Shown here: positions 1 through 17,072 of the stretch, piece by piece
Layout: each line of letters opens with the position of its first letter
How positions within the stretch are numbered: the stretch's first letter is position 1
Assembly (NCBI GenBank): GCA_025201805.1
Contig: MU619353.1
Coordinates: 39,867-103,866, forward strand
DNA length: 64,000 bases
Direction of reading: 5' to 3'
Origin: Parasitella parasitica NRRL 2501
Lineage: Eukaryota; Fungi; Mucoromycota
Notes under the pieces: model-generated
Told to the model about the DNA's origin: nothing
Database searches by the model: none
The model's input: the letters and a program-made list of their open reading frames with translations, nothing else
Made by a program: the position numbers and the translations under genes

Positions 1-4194
<4,194 letters not shown>

Positions 4195-5401
4195 GTTGTT
4201 TTTGATTTTTTTAGAGATTTTTCAATGAAAATTTTTTCTGTTGTTTTTTTTGAGGTTTTTTTTTTTGTAAGTAAATCTACTAGTAGATGGTGCTTCACGA
4301 AATAAAAAGGCTGCTGGCTACTTTCAGTTGTTTAATGAAAAGAGTCGATGCCTTTGTGTGTTTCTTTCTCTGCTGATGTCTTGTTATCCAAGTATACAAC
4401 GAAAAAAGGGAGGCTACTGAACAAGCAAAAAGGTGATATGTTCTCTGCTCTCTGTGTCTTGTTTCTTTCGACACTAGATACAATAAATGAAATGTCGTTA
4501 CTGTATCCAAGAGCTTTTGAGGGGAATCTTGTTGTTCGATACACAAATCAGAGAAATAAGAAAAATTTGGTTCGAACAAAAGGCTAATTCGCAGCAAGAT
4601 GCGGAAAAAAAGAACATTTATACGTTTTTTTTCTAGTTGTCAATGACGTCCTCTCCCTAGCTAACCAATAAAGTACTCGATGGTTTAGTGGCTTCCAAGC
4701 AAAGACGATGCATCTCTCGTATTTAGCAAGCTTGCTGAAAACTTCTTTGTCATTCATCGATACAAAAGACCATAGATACGTGAAAAAAAATCCCCAATTT
4801 TCAACCTGTATTTCATCGAAAAGTAAACCTCAAGATGTCGAATCAAGAAAATTAACTTTCTTTTTATTCATTGAGTGGGATGTTAACGTCTTCTTTTCAT
4901 TGTTATTGGTTATAAGGGTGGCAAAAATAGTAATTCATACAAAACCTTACATCTTGACCTATTCTATATTGAAAACAGATGAAATCAAAAATTGTATCCA
5001 AGGCATTGGGTTTTCAATAATTTACAATGTTAGGTGTTGCTAATACATACATCATAGTAGTTTCTCACTGAATGCAGTTTGATAATGCGCTAGGATGCTA
5101 TTGAAATTAAAGTACTATGTATACGGTATATCAATTAGTTTTCTGTTGGGTGGAAGATTCACCGACATGTTTAAAAATGTATATTATTGCCTTGATTATA
5201 CCATGTGCTGTATCGCAAGTATATAACACCAGTATAAACCCCAATTTCTGGGTCTGCTCTACACACTTTGCAAGACCTGCATGTATGAAAATTTGCTACA
5301 GAGCGCATTTCTTTGAACATATATACATCTGTCTGTACTAACAAACCATTTTCATTCCTGATTGAAGAATTAGGTCTGGCTACTTTTTGCTTTTGTTCAT
5401 A

Positions 5402-5418
5402 CTAGGGTTAGGGTTAGG
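5402..5418 (+). repeat. Short telomere-like (TTAGGG)n stretch
   Basis: ctagggttagggttagg read directly; under 3 units. Confidence 0.35.
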
Positions 5419-6888
5419 CTTCGCTATTAAATCAAATAGTTTGGTTTCAGCTGATTGATGAAAATTATGTAAAGCGAGGCCATGTAAGATGCTCAAGCTT
5501 TATATGCACGACAGCGCCAATAGCTTGTCTTATTTTAAAAAAGAAAACAGTTGTTGGATAATTACATAATGATAAACAGTGAGATGAAAAATCTTATGTA
5601 CACCATCACCATGAAATAACCAGCATCCTTTTTCTGTGATGCTTTGTCATTACATAATCCCCAACGACTACTACTTGATCCAAGGCTCAAGTTACTTTGT
5701 CAAGGCATGGTAATACATTGCTAGTCTACCAGTGTCAATCAAAAAAGTTAGAATGTTGAAGGTTGACAAATGTAAATGCAATAACATGCTTTGAAAACCT
5801 ACTCTATTAGTGCTTATAACAGTGGAAAATTGTGTGGTATTTTATGAAAAAGTACCCAATGTGTCTACTGCGATCAGCCACAGCAAATAAATGTACAATT
5901 GGGTCAAACTCTAATAAAAGTAGACAGAATGCAAGAGTATCAAAAGAAATATGCACATACATATATATATATATATATACGAATTGAAGAAGAGGATTAG
6001 CCATTTTTCGATGCAAAATCTTAGCATTAAGATTAAATATTATACTATAGTTTTATCTCCTTTTTGCTTCGCCAGAAAAGCTGTTATAAATACATCAAAA
6101 CTCGGCATTAATCTTGCACAATTTCTTATATAAGGAAATTGCTAATCAAGTAGTGTCAAGTTTGTGGCCTTTGAGACACAACAAAAAGAAACTGCCGATA
6201 AAAGGGTGATCCACAAAAGAACCAAATACGCTTTGTGTGCCTGGATCATGTCAGGGGCATTATCCGGACCAACATCGAATCCCAAAGCTTTCCTATTTTG
6301 ATTTTGTTAATGCAGGCTGCAGGGAGCTGCTACTTGTTTTGTTGGTATTCTACAGAGATGCTAATCCCATATTTCAATGAAAATCATCAGTAGAAAATAG
6401 AAAATATCACCATATTTTTGATGTATGCCTATGAGGACACAAAGCCTTTCCATGAAGGGAGGGTAATACTTTTCTCAGCGAATGTTTATTAGCTTTAGCC
6501 TTTTTTAAACATGCCAGCCTGAGCGCGCAGATTTACAGAACGTATATCCGAGATGGCGTTTCTTTGTTTTATTTTAGCAGTGTTTTAAGGCAAAGCAAAA
6601 TTGAGTAATTCATTTTTCTAGACTTTTTTCTTGACTTATTGCATTGAGCCATCATTTCGACTCTGTTTTTTTTTATTACATGTATTCCATGTTTTTGCTT
6701 CATATTATTAGTTATTGAAACCGTATTACAAGGATGGGAACCTTGAATCATGATGTGTTACCACAGCTCCTTGTGCCACATGTCATAATTAATACAGTGC
6801 ACATGTTTGCAATCATATTTTTGTTATTATTTATTGACTTGGCTATCAATTGATTATATTACAAGAAGAAGAAAAAGTTATACAGCTA

Positions 6889-8514
6889 CTATAATCCGGT
6901 GAAAACAAGAGGCTCACGAGGGGGGAATCTAGTCATTCCCAAAAGTACATTATCCCGGGCTCGTTTCCCAGTTTTAGTTGTTACATTGTAACGTACAAGT
7001 ATTTCAGCAATTACATATTTGATTTCATTAGCGGCAAAATAGCGGCCGGGACAGGCGTGAGCACCAAATCCAAATGTCAGGTAGTCTAATCCCACAGCGG
7101 TTGATTTGATTTTCGTACCAACAAATCGATAGGCATCAAACTCGTCGAGTGGTGAATTTCCCAAGAATGATTCTCCAGTCTCTTCGTCTACAGGCAGGAA
7201 ATGCGAATCTTTGTGGACTTGATCAAGGGCACCAACCACTAAGCTGCCTTTAGGAATGACCTGTCCGGTGGACAGTGCTGTATCTTGAAGAGCCAAATGG
7301 TGCATTCCCAAGTAATCTGTATCGCATCTGAGCACTTCACGAAAGAAGGAGTCCATCAAGGGAAGCTTAGCAACAGACTCAGGAGTTCTGTTGGTCCCAA
7401 GGGTGGCAACTTCCTTTCTTAAATCGTGGACCAGAGAAGGACGACAGGCCAGCTCATGCAGCGCAAATGAAGTAAAATGAGAGGTTGTGTGGATACTTGC
7501 TAATGCGATATTGTTAAAGTAGTAAGCGGCATCTTGTACGCTTCTGGCAGATCCATCTTCCTTGGGTAAATTGAGGGCCATTGAAGTGAAGGTTACTTCA
7601 TAATTATCACCGGCTTGTCCATTCCTGATCTTTTCCAGCTCAGGCACCAGGAGTGTCATGATGAGATCCATTTCACGTTCAACTGAAAAGAATCGACGCA
7701 CTACAAAGTTGCCCAGCCACGTAGGAAGTACAGACATAAAGATGCCAGCTTTGATAATCTTTTGAGTGAATTGTGCCATGCCGGCTATAAGTTCCTTATC
7801 GTTTCCGACTTTGCTGCCCGCGAAACAGGGACATGATATGTGGGAGATGAGAATGGTCAAAACATCCCACACATTGACAATGCGCTCTTCTCCCTTGTCC
7901 AGATCGAGTTCTTTGTCGAGGGCAAATTTCAGTGCCGTTTGAATGCGTTCCGAGAATACGTCAATTTGGTCTACCTTGAAATTATGCTTGATGGGATACA
8001 CAACTAGATGTGGAATGGTTGAATTGAATGTGTTTTACTGGGCTCTATTAAACTCACTCGGATGCTTCTCTCTTGGACTAATCTTTTCGGCAACAAATTT
8101 GTGTTTGTATGACGTCTGGACTACCTTTGCAGCGGGCACAATTGTTTCAATGCCTTTGGGGAAGCTAAAGCTTTTGGTTGCCTTCATGACTTCGGTAATG
8201 AGTGGGCCTGTGACAACAACCAACTTTCCTTGGCCAGGAATTGAGAGTCTGAAGCATGGACCGTAAGTGTTCTTTGCATCGTCTAGGTACTTTGAAGGGT
8301 TCTTTTGAAGGTCCAAAAGATTTCCTAGGATCGGGATTCCGCCCTTGACTTGAGGGGGTAACAGAGATTCATCAAGTTCCGATTTTTTGGCCTTGTTTTT
8401 ATAGAGCCTGTACACTAGAAAAGTGACAGTAGCTGCAATTGACAATGGAAGGCACTGTTTTTTGATAATTTCGTCATTTTTAAGGTAGAAAATCCTTGCT
8501 GTTTCTGCAATCAT
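6889..8514 (-). CDS. Cytochrome P450, two exons
   Basis: N-terminal anchor and PPQVKGGIPILGN hinge, I-helix ASIHTTS, K-helix EVLR, heme motif FGFGAHACPGRYFA. One intron at about 8005-8057 joins EKHP/IVYPIKH. Confidence 0.95.
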
Positions 8515-8751
8515 TTTTTTTTTTTCAATGAAAAAGAGAAAGAAAGAAGAAATGAGAAACAGGGCTTTTTTTTTTATTATTATTATTATTATTTTATGTG
8601 AGTAATCACAGGAGAAACAGGATCAGTAAAAGGTGGGGAAGGGGTGGTGTGTGGCCAACATCCCGATGGCAAATCCGTGTGAGTTGAGGATCGAAAATTG
8701 CAGTCGGATCAGCATGTCCGCGACACCATTGTTTTGGTATATAGTAGATTT

Positions 8752-9069
8752 TCATCTGCGCTTTCCACCGCCACTCTTTTTGCCACCAGCAGACTTTGAT
8801 TTGCTGCCTTGACGCTTAATTCTCTCAATATCCGACTTTTTGATGGTCAACGTCGCTCCCTTCATACGGCCAATGCCGTTAGTAATGCCAGGATCACGAT
8901 TACGCTTCTTTTCCTTTGTCTTTACGTACAAATGCTTCAGGGATTTATCGTAGATGCCCATATCTTTGGCTTCCTGTAGTTTTTGGATTCCCGTCTGCTT
9001 TCTGGATTCATCCAAACTCAATTTCACTGATAATGGCATCTTTTCTCCAGGCGAGCTCTGTTGTATATG

Positions 9070-9115
<46 letters not shown>

Positions 9116-9877
9116 GGTTGGATTAGCCCCTCCTGCGCACAAGCCGTAGATAGCCCGTTACTTACTTTAACACCCAAGCCCTCCAGCTTCTTCATAGTGT
9201 CCCGTCTTCTCTCCTTTGATGTCATTTCTTCTCGTTCTATGTACCAGCACATGTTAACAACCTGCAGCTGCTGAGATCGTCCTCTTTCTCTCTTTTACCT
9301 AGCTCCTCCAATAAATTGGATGTTGCCAAAAGCTGCTTCAATTCCATGTCATGCTTCTGATTTTCACTGCAACATGCAACACAATGTTAGTTGGTCGTCG
9401 TCACTATTCCACGTTGTCCAACGGAAAACCCTTACGCTTCATCCTCCATGTCTTTCACTGTCGCCTTGCTCTTTTTTTCTGTGCTGTCAAGAGGATCTAT
9501 TGTGGAAATTCGGGAATCCTACAGACTTTTTTCTAAGTGGTGATCTATGCAAGTCGATAAAATTCTACATACCAAAAACCTCTTTTTTGACGATTTGTCT
9601 TCTAATGTAGGCTTCTTTTGTAAAACAGATCCATCAAAAACAACAACACTAGGGCCGGTACTCTTGCCGACAGTTTGTTTCTTTTCAGCAGTAAGCCTTT
9701 TGTTTCGTTGCTTCGATTCTTCTCTGTCAATTCAAATCAGATGAGCACGAGATCCAGGTATTGTTTTAGCATTTCTTACTTGGAGGTGGTAGCTTTTCGC
9801 TTTAAACCTTTACTGATGTGAGCATTGCTGGCTGTGTTTGCTTTAACACTGCTAATCAAGCTTGCCAGAGACGACAT
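8752..9877 (-). CDS. Faf1/C1orf131 (DUF4602)-like 40S ribosome biogenesis factor, multi-exon
   Basis: Spliced product MSSLASLISSVKANT...VVVFDGS...HDMELKQLLATSNLLEEL...KLEGLGVK...GIGRMKGATLTIKKSDIERI. Basic protein whose motifs resemble the Faf1/C1orf131 family (recalled, not searched). Confidence 0.7.
9073..9113 (+). repeat. A41 homopolymer (poly-T on the coding strand) inside the last intron of the Faf1-like gene
   Basis: Read directly; other long A tracts at about 31217-31243 and 33063-33092. Confidence 0.9.
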
Positions 9878-10304
9878 GATGGTAATGGAACAGAAAAAAA
9901 AAAAAAAAAAAAAAATATACCGGTAAAACATATACAGAAAAGACAAAGCTGAATTGTCAAATAAGCCACTGCGTATACTACCATGCTTCAAATCAGTGAC
10001 AAATGGCCTGTGCAATAGTAGTAGACGTTTATTTCCATATGATGAATACGATATGAGTAGATTTACAGCCTAAACCTGAAGTCAAGACAATCACTTCCTT
10101 TGGATGTGGTCGCTTTCAAATAGTCTATCTTGTCATTATTCGACACGGCATTCCATTTACCGGCTCGGATTTTGTTTGTCAATCTTTATATCTAGTTCTT
10201 TGAAACATGACAAGGGCATGTAAAGCATAGTTATTGCAACGATCAGCACCCTTTGCAATGATAATTGAAATTACAGGCCCAATTAAGAAAGAAGGGACAG
10301 ACAG

Positions 10305-11060
10305 TCAGCAGGTTACTAGTGGTAACATCAAAGCCATAACCCTTGCATAACCCTTGATCAAGGTGGTTAGGCAAGTGCTGACTGGTGTTTGAGGCATAAT
10401 ACTATAGGTACAATAGTTTGTTATCAATGTGGTCATACTATAAACATAAGCATGTCCAACATACAAAAAAAAATGAGAACACGCTAGCTGTGTATCGCAA
10501 AACAAAATTGACGACTTTCAATGCAATTATACCAACAATACGAGTGAAGATGCCGTCAACGATGAATAACCATTTCCAACCTCCCAGTCCAGCAAAAGTT
10601 CTGCAAATGGACATGATTTAGCATGCTAATCAGCGACTATATCATATATTGCACATTTGCATGAATCAATGCATGAGTCCAGGTTACAATGGCTTAAGAG
10701 GTCATCAGAATGGGGATCCAGATATGAGCACCAATGCGTTTAACAACAGGATTCTTAAAGAGAGTGCCTACGGTAAAAACAATCGAGTCAACAAGAATCC
10801 CTCTGTTGACACCACTGAAACCAAAGCCAATGTCAGCCGAAAGGTTGTTAGATGTAGCATCAGCTGCAAAACGTTAGCAATGAGCTGTACTCGTGTATAT
10901 TGTATTATGAGTGTCTCAGAGATATTAGTGCGGTCCATGTTCAGTACAAATGTCATTAGCAGTACAAAAGACGTTAGGCGAATGGCGATCTTCTTCACTA
11001 CAGCTCACTCTTCTTCTTTTTCTATCTATTGCAGACCATGCACATAGCCTTCGGCATAAA
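10305..11060 (-). pseudogene. Degenerate MFS/ACS permease pseudogene, paralogue of 14116-16045
   Basis: Fragments EGYVHGLQ*IEKEE*AVVKKIAIRLTSFVLLMTFVLNMDRTNI, KRIGAHIWIPILMTS*AIVTWTH, GLGGWKWLFIVDGIFTRIVG and IMPQTPVSTCLTTLIKGY align with the intact permease. At least three in-frame stops, apparently damaged splice donors and large internal deletions. Confidence 0.9.
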
Positions 11061-11636
11061 TTTCACTGTTATCTGTACTGTAGATGGAGGTGCCGTCTTG
11101 TCAGCAATCTTGATGCCAATCACTTGCTTTGGGACTTGCTAGTTTAAGAATAACACGGAAGGAATATGCAATATAAAGTATTTCGTATATACTGTCAGAG
11201 TACCTTTTTTGGCTCGTAAACTTCTTGACATTCTCTATCCTCCTGACATTAAAGCAAAATCAGTCGAAACAAAGACACACTCTTTTTGTGCAACTGCACA
11301 TTCAGTAATAGATGCTGGAAAATACATCATATTTCCTCTTTTATGATCATCTAGAAAAGCCTTGTATACTTCCTGCTCTTCTATTCAGCATTTGATTCTG
11401 AAGAATACGATAATGGCAATTTTTCGGACCTGTGTTACACACACGGTTATTCCATATCACGTCTACACACACACGGTTAAATGGCTTTCAAGTACGGCAC
11501 ATTACATATGGTGAAATAACGCCATTGCACAGGCTCAGTTACACATAATTCCATTTTGATGCATGTCGCCATGTTGGTTAAAACACTGAATATTCTAGTA
11601 TAATCACGCAATTCAGTTTTATTTTTTACTTTTTTT

Positions 11637-12733
11637 TCAAACTGATAGCTTCTTTTTAATGGAGCTTAATTGACCCAAGACGGCCCTCTTCAAAAACATA
11701 GTGCTGGACTGGCAAATGTCTTCTATCAAACTGGTGCTGTCAAATTCAATGATAGCCTGTGCATATTTACTGGTAAGCAGCAGCAGTAGTTGCATCGAGC
11801 CTTTATCTTTTGGATTGGACTGTACTATGGTTTGAAGTGGTTGAATGAGATCAAACAAAAGCGTCTTGTCGAAATGCACCAGTGGCTGTGTGCTTAGAAT
11901 GGTGCTCATTATTTGAAAAACAAGATCGCCCCATGGGCGTAGATAGTTGCGGTCATTACTAGATACCAAGCTTGTATTCAGGGCAAAGTAAGATTCGCCG
12001 TCAGACAAGACGGTTCTTAATGAGGATAAGTAGGAGCTCTCTACAGCGGATGTTAGACTTACTGCAGTAGCATTAGTCGCTGCGATGGTGTCAATTCATT
12101 GATTGACTTATTAATAACTTCACATTGAGGCTTGCCGAGTTCTGATTGAAATAACAAGGGTACAAGCAAGCCATCGATGATACATTTTCCTTGTTCCTTG
12201 GCGAGTTGTTGTATGCTGCTCATTAAAATTCTCGGCACATTCGATTTCAATGCCACAATCTACAACGCCCCCTACTTTTTTAGTGAAAAGCGCACACTGT
12301 TGTATTGAGTCATACCTTTGGATATGTGGCAGAGTAGGCAAGATAGGCTGCATTTGGACCTGGCACATTTTCTGCTTTTGATATCAAGTTTAGCAGATCG
12401 GCAGTGATTTCATCTTCCCAAGATTGCATATCAATAGACGCAACAGCGGCTTTTAGCTGGCCAATGTGAGCGTCATTTGTTAATACATCAGCTGTGTATG
12501 TGTGTATGTGTGTGTTTTTTTTCTTTTTTGCTTACTTGTGTTCGAGGTAAATTAACAAGGTTTTCCAGTGATTCTAATTTCACTTGTGTCTGGATTTGTG
12601 AACTCGAGTTGGCGAATATAGACATGGATTCTATCAGACGTGCTAGATCAGGCGAATCTTCCTGCATAGGATCGTCCTGTTTTTGAGCACTGATGTTTTG
12701 CATTGGTTCAGTTTCCTTGCTGCGTTTAGACAT
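11637..12733 (-). CDS. FANCE: Fanconi anaemia group E (FANCE) C-terminal-domain protein, three exons
   Basis: ALKSNVPRILMSSIQQLAKEQGKCIIDGLLVPLLFQSELGKPQCEVI...PWGDLVFQIMSTIL...MQLLLLLTSKYAQAI...STMFLKRAVLGQL parallels the helical C-terminal repeat of human FANCE as recalled (SRLLTTAL...LLDPVLQ...PWKEETF...LMLTVMTKYQANI...TTFLRKSL). Confidence 0.75.
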
Positions 12734-14115
12734 GATGGGTTTTATCGTAGGATTATCGATGTATATACATGAAACGATGAGTTAACGATATTATATTGCA
12801 TATATAGACGACAAGCATTCGGTTGGTCAATTGAAAAAAAAAAAAGGATATTATTATAGGCTCAAGGGGTTTTACTCCACTTGATTGCAACCAAACAGGG
12901 TCTACTACAACACAACACAAATAGGAAAGCTAGTCTCATAGCATAAACATGAGCATTATTTACCTGCTTGTCTCTGCCCTTTGGGATCAAATGTGGATTT
13001 TAAACTATCAGAAAACTGGAATCCTTGATGTTCAGTAAGCTTATTACGAATAGCATTCAGTTTTTCTTTATTGATATCAGCAACAGACATTAGTGTAATG
13101 AACTTTTTTTTTTTTTTTTTTTCGCGCGGGTTCTTATTACTTTTACAGCTAAACACGGTGTCACATATTATTTGGTTTTACCGCATAATCCGTCCACACT
13201 CCCTGGAGACATGTACGCAGCTCAAATTTATCGTCGCACCGTTTAGCTAGGCAGTGTCTGCTATGTCAATTTAGATGCCTTAATGCCCAATTACATGCAC
13301 TACTCTACTGTGCAATTGCTTTGCCAGCACGAATCTCTCTATGGTTCCCGCTGGTGTTAATCGGGGCTCAGGGTATTGTTCTACTGCTTGTATCTATTGC
13401 ATATGCTCGACATTAAATAGTAAAATATATTACGTGATAATTACTAAAGTTCCATTGAGATGTTATCCCCTTGATATAATAAAGAAGCAATCTTGCGTAT
13501 ATAATAGAATCTTATGGTAGAAAAAAGTCCACATCTAACAGTGATTGGCAATCTTGAAATGCAATTGCATCTTTTTGTGAACATTACCATAAACGACTTG
13601 TGTGTGTAATGTGTTACGTTGATCCGAGATGTGTTTGTTTGTTATTTCACCGAGTTTTTTTTTTTTTGCAAGTAATATTTGCCATCAAGATTTGTTTATT
13701 CATCAATATTGTTCATAGTAACTGCTCGTTTTCGATATTAATACATGAACTTTTAGAAAGTCGGTTCTACCAGATACTCATAAAAACTACGAAATCAATA
13801 ATAGGCACAACCATACCAAACAATAACGAAAAAGCCAGAGATTATTATCCATGTCCAACTTAAGTGATTCATCAATAATTTTAGAGGCAATTATCATACT
13901 GAGTGGGAATAACCCATTTATAGTAAAATCAAGTACCACTGACAATTCTATTCAGTGCAAGTATTATTGATGAACACCTAATTGCACAATCATTTGACAG
14001 TATGATTAATGTCTTCAATCTATAATATTATACAATGTTGATTGTATATAAATACAGAATTTTTAACTAGTTTTTTTTTCTTCTTCTGTATACCTTACTT
14101 TCTGAATAATTCATA

Positions 14116-16045
14116 ATGGGCTTTCTTGAAGAAAAGGCTGATGCTACTTTAGATACTCACGCATTAGATATACCCAATGAAAAGGTCCAGGTAATTGATC
14201 TAGTGGGCGAAAAGCAAAAGCAATCGCCACCATCCGATTCTTCCTTTAGCAGTGCTTCTTCTGCCACAAGCGTGACATTAGGAGTCGAAGGCTATGTTTC
14301 TGACCTCCAATGGACTGACGAAGAAGAGAGAAAGGTCTTGTTCATCATAGATACGAGGCTTATGCCGTTCGTACTATTGATGACGTTTGTGCTGAACATG
14401 GATAGAACCAATATTTGTATGTCATTGCTATAGAGATTTGAAATGTCACTACTAATAATCAATTGTGTATATAGCTAATGCTATTTCGGATAACTTGCCC
14501 GCTAATTTGGGATTTGGCATCACTGGTGTGAATACGGCTACTCTTCTTTATTCGATTGTCTTTACAGTAGTTACTCTTATTACTAGTCCAATTGTCAAGC
14601 GAATCGGCCCACATAAATGGATTCCTATTTTGATGTCTTCCTGGGCTATTGTTACGTGGGCTCATGCTCTACTTCAGGTAAATGACCATAAATAGCCATG
14701 CTTTTCAAGTACTAAGCATTTCTTTGTTGCCCATAGAACTATCGCGGTTTCCTTGCTGTTAGATTCTTTATTGCACTTACTGAGGCTGGTTTCATTCCGT
14801 CTAGTCTAATCTACTTGACGGGCTGGTACAAGACAAATGAATTAGCTACTCGTCTGTCCTGGTTTTGGGGCATCCAAGCGTTTGCGTCTGCCTTCTCTGG
14901 GTTGATTTCGTTTGGTATCTTCAATATGTCTGGCATTGGCGGCCTTTATGGGTGGAAATGGCTCTTTATTATTGACGGTATCATTACTCACATTATTGGC
15001 TTTATCGCAATGTAAGTACTATTTCTGCGTGTGATACATTCTACCATGTTATCAAGCTAATCCTTTTGACAAGCTTTTACGTTCCCGCTAGTCCATTTCA
15101 TACTGCAGGCTCGATTCGAGGCAAGCAGGGCTGGTTCACTGACCGCCAAAAACAAATTGCTGTTACCAGAGTCATTCGGGATGATCAGTCTAAAATTGCT
15201 CAAGAGGAAAGGGTGACATGGCACGACGTCAAGATTTGTGTACTTGACACGAAACTATGGACACATCTGGTTATTACATTTCTAAGGTTTGTATATATTT
15301 AATATGATAATGAATGAATATAGCCTAAATCAAATCACTAGCATCATGCCTCATACTCCTATTTCTACCTACCTGCCTACACTTATCAGGGGCTATGGAT
15401 TTACCGTAACCATCAGCAACCTGTTAACCGTTCCTGCAGCAATCATCAATCTAGTCGTTTCAATATTAGTAGCTCGCAGTGCTGATAAGCGAGGCAATTA
15501 TGCCTTTCATGCCATCTTTGGGGTCTTTTGGTCGTTAGCTGGATTCTTGGCCTTGGAGCTTTTACCTGGAGGCGCTGGACGCTGGAACTTTTATGCCGCT
15601 GCTTTGTTTCTGGCCTCATCTCCTACGTGGCATGGTATGCACATTGCTTGGATGTCATCTAACCTGGCACCGCTAGGAAAACGTAACATCGCTTTAGGCG
15701 CTGTTATTGGTGCTGCCAATATCTGTGGGGTGCCCGGCTCCCAAATATACCGTTAGTATAAATTGCATCGTTGCTGTGTGTGTAATTTGACATAAAATTG
15801 ACACTTTTTGCAATGATTTAATAGAGGCCGATGATGCTCCTCGCTTCTTTAGAGGCAACTGGATCAACTTTAGTATTACAACTGTTGCTGGTATCTTTCT
15901 GTTGGTCCAACATATTCGATACACATTGACAAACAAACTTCGCGAGAAAAAATGGAGTTCTTTCTCTGATGAGGAAAAGAAAAAGTATCTTGACAGTACC
16001 AAAGATGAAGGCTCAAATCGCTTAGATTACAGATTCAGGATTTAG
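14116..16045 (+). CDS. MFS transporter, anion:cation symporter (allantoate/nicotinate permease-like), about six exons
   Basis: IDTRLMPF...MDRTNI, RFFIALTEAGFIP, WYKTNELATRL, GLYGWKWLFIIDG; C-terminal RLDYRFRI* with stop at 16043-16045; multiple TM segments. Confidence 0.93.
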
Positions 16046-17072
16046 AGACTCCTCTATGTAAAAAAAAAAAAAAAATAATTAATAAACAATACTACTACAT
16101 CACCAAATCAACTTTTACATTTGGAGTAAAATGCACGCCTATTTGCTTATTAGATCCAAACACATTCATTTTTGGTTCAACAATCGACATCTTTTTAAAT
16201 GAAAACTTCAAATAATATTGGTGTATTAATATTGAAATAGGTAATTAGATTATGTTTATTAACACGCAGTTATCTAGTAGTAAAATAGTAGAACGATGCA
16301 CTATGTTAATGTCAAGCTGGGATTTCAAAATGCTAACATGGACCATTACTCATATATGATATGCGTGGATATTACTGGACAAATAGTAGTAATTTGACAG
16401 CAATTTGTGGTAATAAACTCCTTCCTTTTTATGCCAAATAGTGATTAGTAGTGACAGATCAATTGTAGCAGCAGCAGTAAAAATAACATTAGTAGGATTT
16501 TCAATCATAGTGGTGGTAATCAAGATAAGAATCAATAATACGTATCAGAAAAACTGAAGCCTACTTATATTAACCTGAATGTTTCATATAAAATGAGTGA
16601 AGACATTATGTGCAATGTAAATCATTACAGTCTATGTCGATGGTAATAAACCGCACAAAAATTATTAGCAAGGGCTTTACGATCTGCTGTATTTGTAGAT
16701 CTGAACATTCTGGATAGAGACTTTATCTTTGCACAAAACTATACGACGGAATAGAGGTAATGCAGACGGATACAGTAAAAGATTTTGGTGAGATATGCAT
16801 TTGACTACATATAAGTTATTATGGAGGATAATGTCATATTTGATACTCAAAATCACTGCTATTATTTGCTATTTATAGTATCGTATTGTATATATAGGTA
16901 AATTGGTAGGATCACTTCACATTTGAAGATGGGTCTTGTGGTACATATTCCAAAAATGTGTCAACTCTTTCAAGTGTATACAGAATTCCTTTAATATTTA
17001 GTCATGTACACAAGAACTTAAAAAATAAATAAATAATTTTTTACTATAAAATGCTATTTAAATGCATCTAAA

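Noticed and set aside
5402-5418. Interstitial telomere or chromosome-fusion scar
   Set aside because: Fewer than three units and this organism's telomere repeat is unknown; kept only as a low-confidence repeat.
10305-11060. RIP-like mutation in the MFS duplicate
   Set aside because: Only a few C:G-to-T:A stops are visible, the intact partner is undamaged, and ordinary transition bias explains them.
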